A stretch of DNA of 64,000 nucleotides. Source: a bacterium. GTDB lineage: Bacteria > UBA8248. Positions within the stretch are counted from its first letter, which is position 1, and the number at the start of each line of letters is the position of its first letter. The notes under the pieces were generated by a model, which had not been told where the DNA came from, made no database searches, and was given only the letters and a program-made list of their open reading frames with translations. Of the stretch, positions 9,407 through 23,269 are shown one piece after another. A program made the translations under genes and the position numbers. The DNA is taken from contig OY843592.1 in NCBI GenBank assembly GCA_963692865.2, forward strand, positions 704,001 to 768,000, in the 5' to 3' direction.

Positions 9407-10168
9407 CTAGTGGACGTACCTGCCGCCGTTCACGTCGAGCGTCACGCCCGTAACGTAGCGCGCCTCGGGCCTGGCGAGATACCACACGACATCCGCGATA
9501 TCCGCGGCGTCCGCCAGGCGGCCCGCCGGAATCTTCGAGAGTATCTCGGGCAACCTGTCCTTGTGGAGGACGCCCGTCCTCGGGGTGAGCACGACGCCCG
9601 GCGCCACCGTGTTCACCGTGACGCCGTGAGGCGCCGCCTCGACCGCCAGCCGCCTGCAAAAGCCGAACAGGCCCGCCTTGGCCGCGCTGTAGGCGAGACC
9701 CGTCTCGATGACGGCGTCGCGGCCCGACTGGGAGGCGATGTTCACGATGCGGCCGTAACCCGCCTTCTTCATAAAGGGCATGACGGCGCGCGAACACAGG
9801 TAGGCGCTCTTCAGGTTCAGGTCCACGACCCGGCGCCACTGCGCCTCGTCGAGCTCCTCGATGGCGGGGTTCTCCACGAAGCCGCCCGCGCAGTTCACCA
9901 GAATGTCGATGCGGCCCCAGGCGAGGAGCGCCTCCTCCGCGGCCGCCTTGACTTCGTTCGCCGAAGTGGCGTCGGTATCCATGAAGCGGACATCTCCGCC
10001 CCCGTCGCCAATCCGCCGCGCGGTCGCCTCGCCCAGCGCCTCGTCCAGATCCAGCAGCGCGACGCGCGCGCCCTCGTCCGCCAGACGCTCGGCTATCGCC
10101 TCGCCGATGCCCACCGCGCCCGCCGTCACGAGCGCCACGTGCCCTTGAATCGAGGATTTGCCTTCCAT
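9407..10168 (-). CDS. short-chain dehydrogenase/reductase (FabG-like), tandem paralog
   Basis: TAGAVGIG, NCAG, YSAAK; start chosen at MEGKSS after GAGGAGG. Confidence 0.9.
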   Translation of the reverse strand: MEGKSSIQGHVALVTAGAVGIGEAIAERLADEGARVALLDLDEALGEATARRIGDGGGDVRFMDTDATSANEVKAAAEEALLAWGRIDILVNCAGGFVENPAIEELDEAQWRRVVDLNLKSAYLCSRAVMPFMKKAGYGRIVNIASQSGRDAVIETGLAYSAAKAGLFGFCRRLAVEAAPHGVTVNTVAPGVVLTPRTGVLHKDRLPEILSKIPAGRLADAADIADVVWYLARPEARYVTGVTLDVNGGRYVH

Positions 10169-10227
10169 CTCGCTCACCTCCTCCATGGGGGCCGGATTAT
10201 AGCGCATCGCCCCAACCCTGGCAGCCG

Positions 10228-10824
10228 CTAGGGCGCATGCGCGGTGGCGAAATAGGTGTTGCCGTCAAAATCCCGCCAGCCGGCATCTTGAAAGCCCGCC
10301 GCGCGCAATTCGCTCACGAGTTCTTCCGGCTCGAAGCGCGCTTCAAGAGGCGGACCCACGTCCATGGGCTTTTTGTGCCAGTCGATCAGCGTGATGGCGG
10401 CGCCCCCCTTCATCGCGCGGCGCGATTCGGCGAGCAGGGGCCGGGCGTCGGCCAGCGCATGAAGCACGAACGCGATGAGGGCGAAGTCCGCGCTCGCGTC
10501 CGGAAAGGGAATCCGGGAACCCCGGCTTCGCTTCGTGATCAGTTGGGCGCAGCCGCGCGTTTTCGCGGCCGCCCGGAGTTCGGCGATCATCACGGGAGAG
10601 ATGTCGCACGCGAGTACGCGGCCGTATTTCCCCACGACCCCGCAGGCGGGTATCGCGAAATACCCGGGGCCGCAGCCGATGTCCAGGAAGCTCATGCCGC
10701 GCTCGAGGCCCAAAGCGCGCAGCGTCTTGACGGGCGGCATGGCCCGCCGTCTTCCCCTGGTGAGCAGGAGGTGGCGGTTGCGGACGGGAAGCGACCACCG
10801 CCTCCGTGAGGCCGCCTTGCTCAA
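10228..10824 (-). CDS. class I SAM-dependent methyltransferase
   Basis: FLDIGCGPG motif I; LIDWHK...GPP. Start uncertain (TTG overlapping the upstream stop, or ATG 10740). Confidence 0.8.
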   Translation of the reverse strand: MSKAASRRRWSLPVRNRHLLLTRGRRRAMPPVKTLRALGLERGMSFLDIGCGPGYFAIPACGVVGKYGRVLACDISPVMIAELRAAAKTRGCAQLITKRSRGSRIPFPDASADFALIAFVLHALADARPLLAESRRAMKGGAAITLIDWHKKPMDVGPPLEARFEPEELVSELRAAGFQDAGWRDFDGNTYFATAHAP

Positions 10825-11912
10825 GCCTCGTCCTCGAGATAGCCGCCGAGCGCCTCGCGGATGAAGTCCTCGGGGTGTCCCTCCCGGATGAGCATGAAAC
10901 CCTCCGCCAGGCACTCGAGCTTCCGGCGCTCCCTGTCGAGGCGCGTCTGTCCCTTGCGGCTGAGCAGCCTCTCGACGTCTTCCATCGAGGCGCCCTCGAG
11001 CGCCCACTTGAGCCCCGTCTTGAGAAGGGGCTCCTGAACCCGTTCGAGGCGCTCCGCAATCGCGCCGCCCTCGTCGCGGTAGGCGAGGCCCGCGAGCTCC
11101 ACGCACAGGCGGATGATGTCGGCCGCCGCCTGGGCCGAGGGAGAAAACCGGACGCCGGGCAGGCGCTCGTAATCCGCCTCGCCCTCGGGCAAAAAGGCGA
11201 CGAGCCTCGCCCGCGCGCGACCCTCGCTCACGCCCTCGAGAACCGCCAGCGCGCCCTCGATGGCGATCTCCTTGTTCCTCTCCATCGCGCCGAGGAAGGA
11301 CTCGATTTGCCGGGCGAGAATCATCTCGGCCTCGTTCCAGGGCGCCTGATCGACCAGCATCCGAAGGCCGGTGGAGAAAATACCGTCCGGAATCCGCTCC
11401 AGGGCCGGTTCGAGGGAGAGTTGTCCGTGCCGCTCCGCCCGCGCCGCCAGGGCGACGATGAGCGACACGGCGTGTTCGGCCTTGCTGTCCGGGGAATGAA
11501 ACGCGGCGAGCGCCGCTTCGAGCGCCCGGTCCGGCGGAGGAATGGCATCGTCGGCGGGACCCTCGAAGGTAATGTCGCCGTGGTTCTTCATGGCGTAGGC
11601 GGTCTCCATCAGCATCTGGCGCGCCTCGACGCTCCGCTCGCTCTCACCGGAACCCGGGCGCCTGATCTCCTCGCGAATGCGGGCCGCGTTCCTGGAGGAG
11701 ACGTTTCTGAGCACCCGCTCGACAACGCGCGCCTCGGCGTCGCGGAGCGCGAGCGCGAGAATTTCCGGGTCCACCCGCTCGATGACGCGCCTGAGCGCGC
11801 GGCCCGACATCTCCGCGAAGGGCGTCAGGTCGGGGTTCTCGCCCGGGGAGAAAAACCGATGCCCCGGGCCTTCCATTCCGCCGTCGATCCAGCCACCGCC
11901 GTCAAGACTCAT
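10821..11912 (-). CDS. FliG C-terminal-like domain fused to two MotA-cytoplasmic-like repeats, no TM helices
   Basis: RALRRVIERVDPEILALALRDA...VLRNVSSRNAARIREEI is FliG_C-like; ARAERHGQLSLEPALERIPDGIFSTGLRMLVD...IAIEGALAV and a second copy are MotA-like. Confidence 0.7.
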   Translation of the reverse strand: MSLDGGGWIDGGMEGPGHRFFSPGENPDLTPFAEMSGRALRRVIERVDPEILALALRDAEARVVERVLRNVSSRNAARIREEIRRPGSGESERSVEARQMLMETAYAMKNHGDITFEGPADDAIPPPDRALEAALAAFHSPDSKAEHAVSLIVALAARAERHGQLSLEPALERIPDGIFSTGLRMLVDQAPWNEAEMILARQIESFLGAMERNKEIAIEGALAVLEGVSEGRARARLVAFLPEGEADYERLPGVRFSPSAQAAADIIRLCVELAGLAYRDEGGAIAERLERVQEPLLKTGLKWALEGASMEDVERLLSRKGQTRLDRERRKLECLAEGFMLIREGHPEDFIREALGGYLEDEA

Positions 11913-11991
11913 TTCTCATCTCCTGGGCTTTGGGGAGCGCCGCGCCGGGCGGGCCCGATCGTTCCTGGGGGCCGCCCGCGCATTTTCCGCG

Positions 11992-13635
11992 TCAGTTCTC
12001 CTCGGCCAGCTTGGGCGGCTGCACGGAGCGGTTCACGTAGAACTGCTGGGCGATGGAGAGCAGGTTGTTCACCAGCCAGTAGATCACCAGGCCCACGGGC
12101 ACGGGATAGAAGATGAACATGCCCGTGAAGACGACGGGCATGAACATCATCATCTTCGCCTGGGTGGGGTCGCCCGCGGTGGGCGTCATCTTCTGCTGCA
12201 GGAACATCGAGGCGCCCATGAGTATCGTATACACGTGGTAGGGGTCCTGCACCGAGAGGTCCTGCACCCAGCCGAAAAACGGCGCGTTGCGCAGCTCTAT
12301 CGACACCAGAAGCGCCTCGTACAACCCGAAGAAGACGGGAATCTGTATCAGCATGGGCAGGCAGCCCATCATCGGGTTGACCTTGTGCTCCTTGTACAAG
12401 GCCATGGTCTGCTCGTTCAGCCTGTTCTTGTCGTCCTTGTAGATCTCGCGCAGTTGCGTGATGCGCGGCTGGAGTTTCTGCATCTCCTTCATGTTGCGCA
12501 TGCTGACGTGGGTGAGGGGATAGAAGATGATCTTCACCAGGATGGTCAGCAATATGATCGCCACGCCCCAGTTGCCCACGAACCCGTGGAAAAAGCGCAG
12601 TATCGACATGAGCGGCTTCGCGATGAAGGAGAACATCCCGTAGTCCAGGGAATCCTCGAGGCTGACCTTGAGCCTTTCGAGGTGATCCACCGCCTTCGGC
12701 CCCACGTAGACGTCGAAGGCCGCATCCACGTCCTTCCCCCGCGCGAAGGGGACGATGGCGGCGTATTCGCTCAAGTCGTCCGTCTGGGAGAGCAGGCGGA
12801 TCTCCGCGCCGCCCGCGCCGCCCCGGGGGACGAGCGCCGCGATGAAGTGTTTCGACTGGAGCGAGGTCCACTTGAGGCTCTCGCCGTGGTTGACCGGCTT
12901 CGCTTCCTCGGGATAGTCGTATTCGAGCTCCCCTCCCACGAAGCTCATCGGCCCCTCGATGACGCCGCCGTAGGTGTTGCCGTCGCTGCCTCCCACGCGC
13001 GGGCCCCAGACGATTCCCATCGCCTCATCGCCCGTGGGCCTCGTGACGCGAATCCTCGTCTGGATGTTGAATTCGTTGTGGCGGAAAGTGAGCGCCTTCT
13101 CCGCCGAGAGGCCGTCCGCCCCCCGGTAGACGAAGCGGACCGTTCCTTCGGGCCTGTCTTTCGAGAGCGAGAGGTCGCCGCCCTCGACCTGGTAGGAGGC
13201 CTCGTTGAGCCGCTGCGCGGTCTTTCCGCCCCAGAAGAAAAGGGGCCGCACGTCCGGGCGGCCCGGGGGCACGAGCTGGACGAAGTTCTTCTCGCCCTGT
13301 TTGTACTTGAGAAGGCGCGCGGACAAAAAGCCCGCGCCCCGGTTGGTCAGTTCATACACCGCGTCGCCCACGTCCACCCGGATGCGCCGCCCCGGAGCGG
13401 CCTGCGTGGGCGCGGTAGGGGCGGCGGGCGCGGCAGGCTGTCCGGCGACGGAGGGCGGCGCCTTGAGCGGCGCGCTCGCGGCGCTCGTCCGCTCCTCGTT
13501 CCGGGCCGCCGCCCGCGCCTTGGCCGCCTTCTGTTTCTGGGCCTGCTCGTCCTCCATCGGCTTCACGACGAGGTATTGCCAGCCGATCAGTATCGCCATC
13601 GACAAGACGGCGGCGAGAATCGCGTTTCTTTCCAT
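11992..13635 (-). CDS. yidC: membrane protein insertase YidC
   Basis: MERNAILAAVLS TM1; YVGPK, DYG, GNWGVAIILLT, NPMMGCLPMLIQIPVF. Confidence 0.97.
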   Translation of the reverse strand: MERNAILAAVLSMAILIGWQYLVVKPMEDEQAQKQKAAKARAAARNEERTSAASAPLKAPPSVAGQPAAPAAPTAPTQAAPGRRIRVDVGDAVYELTNRGAGFLSARLLKYKQGEKNFVQLVPPGRPDVRPLFFWGGKTAQRLNEASYQVEGGDLSLSKDRPEGTVRFVYRGADGLSAEKALTFRHNEFNIQTRIRVTRPTGDEAMGIVWGPRVGGSDGNTYGGVIEGPMSFVGGELEYDYPEEAKPVNHGESLKWTSLQSKHFIAALVPRGGAGGAEIRLLSQTDDLSEYAAIVPFARGKDVDAAFDVYVGPKAVDHLERLKVSLEDSLDYGMFSFIAKPLMSILRFFHGFVGNWGVAIILLTILVKIIFYPLTHVSMRNMKEMQKLQPRITQLREIYKDDKNRLNEQTMALYKEHKVNPMMGCLPMLIQIPVFFGLYEALLVSIELRNAPFFGWVQDLSVQDPYHVYTILMGASMFLQQKMTPTAGDPTQAKMMMFMPVVFTGMFIFYPVPVGLVIYWLVNNLLSIAQQFYVNRSVQPPKLAEEN

Positions 13636-13661
13636 GGTGTAAAGCGCCTCCGCCGGATCCG

Positions 13662-13949
13662 TCAGGGAACCGGGTCGTTTCCCCCTGGGTGAAATGGATG
13701 GCAGCGCCCGATGCGGCGCACGGCGAGCCACAGGGCCCGCGCGGGCGCATGGCGCCGGAACGCTTCGAGCGCGTATTGAGAACAAGAGGGCGAAAATCGG
13801 CAACTGCCCGGCATCACGGGAGACAGGATGAGCTGATACCCCCGAATCAAAACCGTCGCCAGGACGCACACGGCCCGGGAGATGGGGCCAATCTCTGTTC
13901 TAAGGCTCTTTTTTTCCTGGGAAAGTGTCGCGGAACGCCCTTTCAACAT
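13662..13949 (-). CDS. yidD: membrane protein insertion efficiency factor YidD
   Basis: YQLILSP...CRFSPSCSQY...RCHPFHPGGNDPVP; start uncertain. Confidence 0.92.
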   Translation of the reverse strand: MLKGRSATLSQEKKSLRTEIGPISRAVCVLATVLIRGYQLILSPVMPGSCRFSPSCSQYALEAFRRHAPARALWLAVRRIGRCHPFHPGGNDPVP

Positions 13950-14247
13950 CCTCTAGCCTCGCCTTGGCGATCGGGTTTCTCGCCACGGCCACAAGGTCCA
14001 TCCCCGCAGGGATTCGAGAGCCGGATCGGCGAAACGCTTCGCGGAGAAGCCGCTTGGCGCGATTCCTCTGAACGGCGGCGCCCACGCGCCGCGACGCGAT
14101 GATTCCGAGCCGCGCGCGGTCCCGAGAAGGGTCGGGCAGGATATGCAGCGTGAAATACGGACACCTGCGCTTGCGTCCTTTTCCGAGAACGGCGGCGAAC
14201 TCGCTTCCCTTGCGAATCCGGCGCTCCGGCGGGAAGCTCTCGTCCAC
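13900..14247 (-). CDS. rnpA: ribonuclease P protein component
   Basis: RLGIIASRRVGAAVQRNRAKRLLRE (RNR motif); synteny. Confidence 0.95.
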   Translation of the reverse strand: MDESFPPERRIRKGSEFAAVLGKGRKRRCPYFTLHILPDPSRDRARLGIIASRRVGAAVQRNRAKRLLREAFRRSGSRIPAGMDLVAVARNPIAKARLEDVERAFRDTFPGKKEP

Positions 14248-14288
14248 GCCCGCGCCCTCCCAATCGGGTCGGAGGCCCGGCGCGCCGC

Positions 14289-14429
14289 CTAGGCGGAAAC
14301 GCCGAGCCGCTTGCGGCCCTTGGCCCGGCGGCGCCTTATGATCGCGCGTCCGCCGGTGGTCTTCATCCGGCGGCGAAACCCGTGCGTTTTCGTGCGTTTT
14401 CTTCTGTTCGGCTGATAAGTTCGTTTCAT
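14289..14429 (-). CDS. rpmH: 50S ribosomal protein L34
   Basis: [28 protein letters not shown]. Confidence 0.98.
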   Translation of the reverse strand: MKRTYQPNRRKRTKTHGFRRRMKTTGGRAIIRRRRAKGRKRLGVSA

Positions 14430-14678
14430 CAAAGACTCCATCGACGGCCCCGGGGCCGTTCGTTCAACCCGCCATATAGCAACGAAGGGGAGCTTCCCGA
14501 AGAAGCCGAGCGTAAGGTAGCCACCCAAACCCCGATTGTCAAGAACCTCTCGCCGGGGCGCTTCCGAACTCGCCGGACCTGGCCGAGCCGGGGGCTTCTC
14601 GGAGGCCCCTTTGCTTTTCCATCGAAGAAGCCGCGTTACCGCTCAAAAAAGACAAAAAGCGAAGACTTCAAGCCTTTT

Positions 14679-14759
14679 TGTGGAAAAGCGGCTTGCCTTC
14701 GCCGGGCGTTTGTGGAAAAATGCCCGTTCTCTTGCTCTGTTGTACCGCCCTGTGGAAAA
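14679..14759. promoter_or_regulatory. three DnaA boxes upstream of dnaA
   Basis: TGTGGAAAA (= TTTTCCACA, fits TTWTNCACA) at 14679, 14711 and 14751, all in one orientation. Confidence 0.8.
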
Positions 14760-14822
14760 CGCGCCCGTTGAGTGGCCCCGGAAACCCTCTCACCCAACGG
14801 CCCCCGTGGATTGGCTCACAGA

Positions 14823-16184
14823 ATGACGGATCTTTGGCAACGCTGCTCGGAAAAAATCAAACAGGAAGTCTCCCCCCAGACGTTCGATCGTTGGTTCGCG
14901 GGCATCGAGGAACTCGACTCGAGCGAGTCCTCTCTCGCAATCCAGGCGCCCGACCCGTTCACTGCGAACACCTTGCGCTCACGCTACTGGGGAATCGTCG
15001 CCGACATACTCAAACAAGAAGCCGGTCCCGGCGTCGTGCTTAGCCTTTCGGTGAACGATGCGCCGACCAACGGAGCGAGCCCGTCATCCGGGCCGGCCGC
15101 AGCCCCCCCGGCGGAAGGAGTGGAAACGCCCCGGAAGAAGCCCCAGGCCCCTCCCGCGAAACCGGATTTCCTCAACCCCAAGCACCACTTCGAGAATTTC
15201 GTGGTGGGCAACTCCAACCGCTTCGCCCACGCATGCAGCCTCCGCCTGGCGGACGGCAAGGGGGCGGTGCTCTCCCCGCTCTTCATTTACGGCGGCGTCG
15301 GGCTCGGAAAAACCCACCTGATGCACGCCATTGCCCACCACGTTCTCGATCGACAACCGAAGACGCGCATCTTCTACACCTCGTCGGAGAACTTCATCAA
15401 CGAGCTCATCGCCTCGATCAGGCAGAACCAGATGGCCGCCTTCAGAAGCAAATACCGGAAAGTGGACATCCTGATGATAGACGATATCCAGTTCATCGCC
15501 GGGAAGGAGCGCACGCAGGAGGAGTTCTTCTTCACTTTCAACGCCTTGCAGGAAGCGAGAAAACAGATCGTCATCACGGGAGATAAAATGCCCAAGGATA
15601 CGCCGGGGCTGGAGGAGCGCCTCAGATCGCGCTTCGTCTCGGGGATGATAGCGGACATCGGCGCGCCGGATTTCGAGACCAAGGTCGCCATCCTGCAGAA
15701 AAAGGCGGACGAACAAGAGTTCCTTCTCGACAGGGAGGTCGCCCACTACATCGCGGAGAAGGTTCGCTCCAATGTCCGGGAACTCGAGGGCTGCCTCATC
15801 AGGCTCGGCATTCACGCTTCCTTGCACGACATGGAAATCGATCTTCCCGTCGCGCAGGAAGTGCTGCGCGGCATCATTCGCGACCCCTCCCGCAGTTCCT
15901 CGGTGGACAGCATCCAAAAAATCGTCGCCGAACATTTCCAGGTTCGAGTCGGCGACTTGAAATCAAAAAACCGCTCACGCTCTTTCGCCGTCCCCCGCCA
16001 GATCGCCATGTTCCTCGCGCGGAAACTCACGCGCGCCTCGACCACCGAAATCGGCCGGCGCTTCGGCGGCAAGGATCACTCCACGGTGATCCACTCCACC
16101 CAAAAAATCGAGGCCCTGCTCAAAACGGACCAGTCCCTCTCCGCCACCATCCAAGCGCTCGAACAAAAGATAGATCTGCCCTGA
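14823..16184 (+). CDS. dnaA: chromosomal replication initiator DnaA
   Basis: FENFVVGNSN, PLFIYGGVGLGKTHL, DDIQF, RELEG, GGKDHSTVIH. Confidence 0.99.
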   Translation: MTDLWQRCSEKIKQEVSPQTFDRWFAGIEELDSSESSLAIQAPDPFTANTLRSRYWGIVADILKQEAGPGVVLSLSVNDAPTNGASPSSGPAAAPPAEGVETPRKKPQAPPAKPDFLNPKHHFENFVVGNSNRFAHACSLRLADGKGAVLSPLFIYGGVGLGKTHLMHAIAHHVLDRQPKTRIFYTSSENFINELIASIRQNQMAAFRSKYRKVDILMIDDIQFIAGKERTQEEFFFTFNALQEARKQIVITGDKMPKDTPGLEERLRSRFVSGMIADIGAPDFETKVAILQKKADEQEFLLDREVAHYIAEKVRSNVRELEGCLIRLGIHASLHDMEIDLPVAQEVLRGIIRDPSRSSSVDSIQKIVAEHFQVRVGDLKSKNRSRSFAVPRQIAMFLARKLTRASTTEIGRRFGGKDHSTVIHSTQKIEALLKTDQSLSATIQALEQKIDLP

Positions 16185-16189
16185 AAACA

Positions 16190-16400
16190 CCCGTGGAAAG
16201 AGTTGTGGACAACCACACCGAAACCCCCGTTCTCATCACGCGGAAAGAAAAAACGCCCGGCCCCGCACCTTTTCCCACAGACAATTCCACGCCTTGCCTG
16301 TCGGATAAAAGCTTTCCTTTGAGCGCCTTGCGCGGTTGTCCACAATTCCACCGCCCCTTCTACTACTACCAATTAATGTTATATATGGATATGAGAGAAA
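16190..16400. other. predicted oriC unwinding region
   Basis: DnaA boxes at 16204-16212 and 16336-16344 with degenerate boxes at 16271 and 16345; GC clamp, then TTC-TAC-TAC-TAC trios (16358-16369) and an AT-rich tract. Confidence 0.8.
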
Positions 16401-16419
16401 CAGTATCCGGGGATATCCC

Positions 16420-17529
16420 TTGCGCCTCGCCGAACTAACCCTGAAAAACTTCAGAAACTATCCAAGGCTCGAATTCAGGCCTCACCCGGGATTCAACTAC
16501 ATTTTCGGCGATAATGGAGCGGGTAAAACGAACCTGCTGGAAGCTGTTTATTACCTTTCGCACCTGCGCTCTTTTCGCCCGATCTCCAGGGAGAAGATGG
16601 TGCTCCATGGCAGCGAGGGGATGTATGCGTCCGGCGTGTTCGCCGAGGACGGGAGCGGCGGGGAGACGCGGCTCGAGGCCGCGTTTTACGGGTTGGAGCG
16701 AAGGTACAAGAAAAACGGACGGGAACTGCGGGGGCTGATGCCCTACCTCGACAGCTCGCACGTCATCGTTTTTTTTCCCGAGACGCCCCAAATCGTCAGG
16801 GAGGGACCGGGAGCAAGGCGGCGTTTTTTCGATCGGGCGATAGCGGCCGTCGAGCCGGCCCATCTCGATGATTCCAGGGCCTATGCGAAACTGCTCTCGG
16901 AGAGGAATCATCTTTTGAGAAAAGGAGCCGATTCTGCTATGATTCTGGTGTGGCAGGAGCGACTGGTTGAAACGGCCGCCCGCATCATCGTCCGCAGGAA
17001 AAGATATATACATTCATTGAAAAACCGGCTGAATCACCTGGAGAGTCTGTTTGGAGAAACACGGGAATCCAGGATTTCGGTGGCGTATGAAGCCAAAGGA
17101 CTCCCCGGAGGAGACGAAGGAACCGAAGGGGACATACGAGAGGGTTTGCTGGCGACGGCGCGGAGGCTCGCCAAAGAGGAGACGACGAGGAAGACGACGC
17201 TCTGGGGGCCGCAGCTTGATGATTTCCACTTGTCCTGGAAGGAGCGCCGCGCGAAGGACGTCGCTTCCCAGGGCGAACAGCGGCTCATCACGATACTGCT
17301 GGTGTCGGCGAACGCCGAGGAATACAAGAGCAGAAGAAAAGAGACCCCCGTCGTGTTGCTTGATGATTTGGGTTCCGAACTCGACGCGGACAGGGAGAAG
17401 AAGGTCTTGCTGTTCCTCGGCTCCCTGGGAGCGCAGACCTTCATCACGTCGACCGAGGATTCCCGGTTGAGTGAGGTCGAGGGAAAGAAGTTTCTGGTTC
17501 GAGACGCGGCTGTTAAAAGCATGGACTGA
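16420..17529 (+). CDS. recF: DNA replication and repair protein RecF
   Basis: TTG start; LKNFRNY, GDNGAGKTNLLEA, RRRFFD, SQGEQR, LLDDLGSELD. Confidence 0.95.
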   Translation: MRLAELTLKNFRNYPRLEFRPHPGFNYIFGDNGAGKTNLLEAVYYLSHLRSFRPISREKMVLHGSEGMYASGVFAEDGSGGETRLEAAFYGLERRYKKNGRELRGLMPYLDSSHVIVFFPETPQIVREGPGARRRFFDRAIAAVEPAHLDDSRAYAKLLSERNHLLRKGADSAMILVWQERLVETAARIIVRRKRYIHSLKNRLNHLESLFGETRESRISVAYEAKGLPGGDEGTEGDIREGLLATARRLAKEETTRKTTLWGPQLDDFHLSWKERRAKDVASQGEQRLITILLVSANAEEYKSRRKETPVVLLDDLGSELDADREKKVLLFLGSLGAQTFITSTEDSRLSEVEGKKFLVRDAAVKSMD

Positions 17530-20022
<2,493 letters not shown>

Positions 20023-20058
20023 CGCGGGAGGCCCGCTCTGCCCGCAATTTCTCCGAGA

Positions 20059-20517
20059 CTAGAAGCGCGCCTCCTCGTGGCAGCGCACGCAGGCGGCGTG
20101 CACCCCCAAGAGCGCTTTGGCGGCGTCGTCGATTTTCTTGCTCCCCGCCGCTTTGGCGAGGCCCGACGCGGCGCCTTCGAGCCGCCGCGAGAAAGCGAGC
20201 ATCGAGCTGTCCCCCCGGAACTCCTCAGCGCCGGGAAGGATTTTCGCCGTGGCGGCGATGGCCTTCGCATGCTTTTGGATGGTTGCATAGGGCGTCTCGC
20301 TCACGAGCTCCTGAACCGAGGTGACGAGGACGGCCTTTACCAGCGCGCCGAAGTCCGCATCGAGCGCCTCCATCAAAGCCCCCACCTCATGGGAGTGGGC
20401 TCCGTCCTTTCCGCCCTTGTGGCTCTCGACCATTCCCGAGGAAGCGAGGAGCGCCGGCAGAAAGACGATGGCCGCAACGAGGCGAGCGAACGGCTTGAAT
20501 TTCTCGGAAGGCCGCAT
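20059..20517 (-). CDS. cytochrome c' / class II cytochrome c-like exported protein
   Basis: RBS GGAGG; signal peptide; helical, Ala-rich body; C-terminal CVRCH heme-binding motif. Confidence 0.75.
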   Translation of the reverse strand: MRPSEKFKPFARLVAAIVFLPALLASSGMVESHKGGKDGAHSHEVGALMEALDADFGALVKAVLVTSVQELVSETPYATIQKHAKAIAATAKILPGAEEFRGDSSMLAFSRRLEGAASGLAKAAGSKKIDDAAKALLGVHAACVRCHEEARF

Positions 20518-20825
20518 GGTTTTCCTCCGGGGCAAGAGGGAGTAGCCGGGGATTGGTTCGGGTTTTGCGCTCCTATTGTCCACAAACGGAGGCTCTTGGG
20601 CAATCAGGCGGACGAATAAAAGCGCGGACCTTCAAACCTTTGAAACAAGGGGGCTTGCGGCCTCCCCAAAAGCGGCGCAAGTTGTTGTTTTCGTTTTCCA
20701 TCGCAACCGTTTTTATGGTATAAGACGGTGTTTGCGTTTCCCCCCGCCTGGGTCGCCCCTATCCGGTTTTTTGGAGCCATTGAGACGGCCTTTGTTCGCG
20801 CCGTCGGCAGGAGAGTTTCGAGAGC

Positions 20826-23255
<2,430 letters not shown>

Positions 23256-23269
23256 ACACTGGGTGGAAG

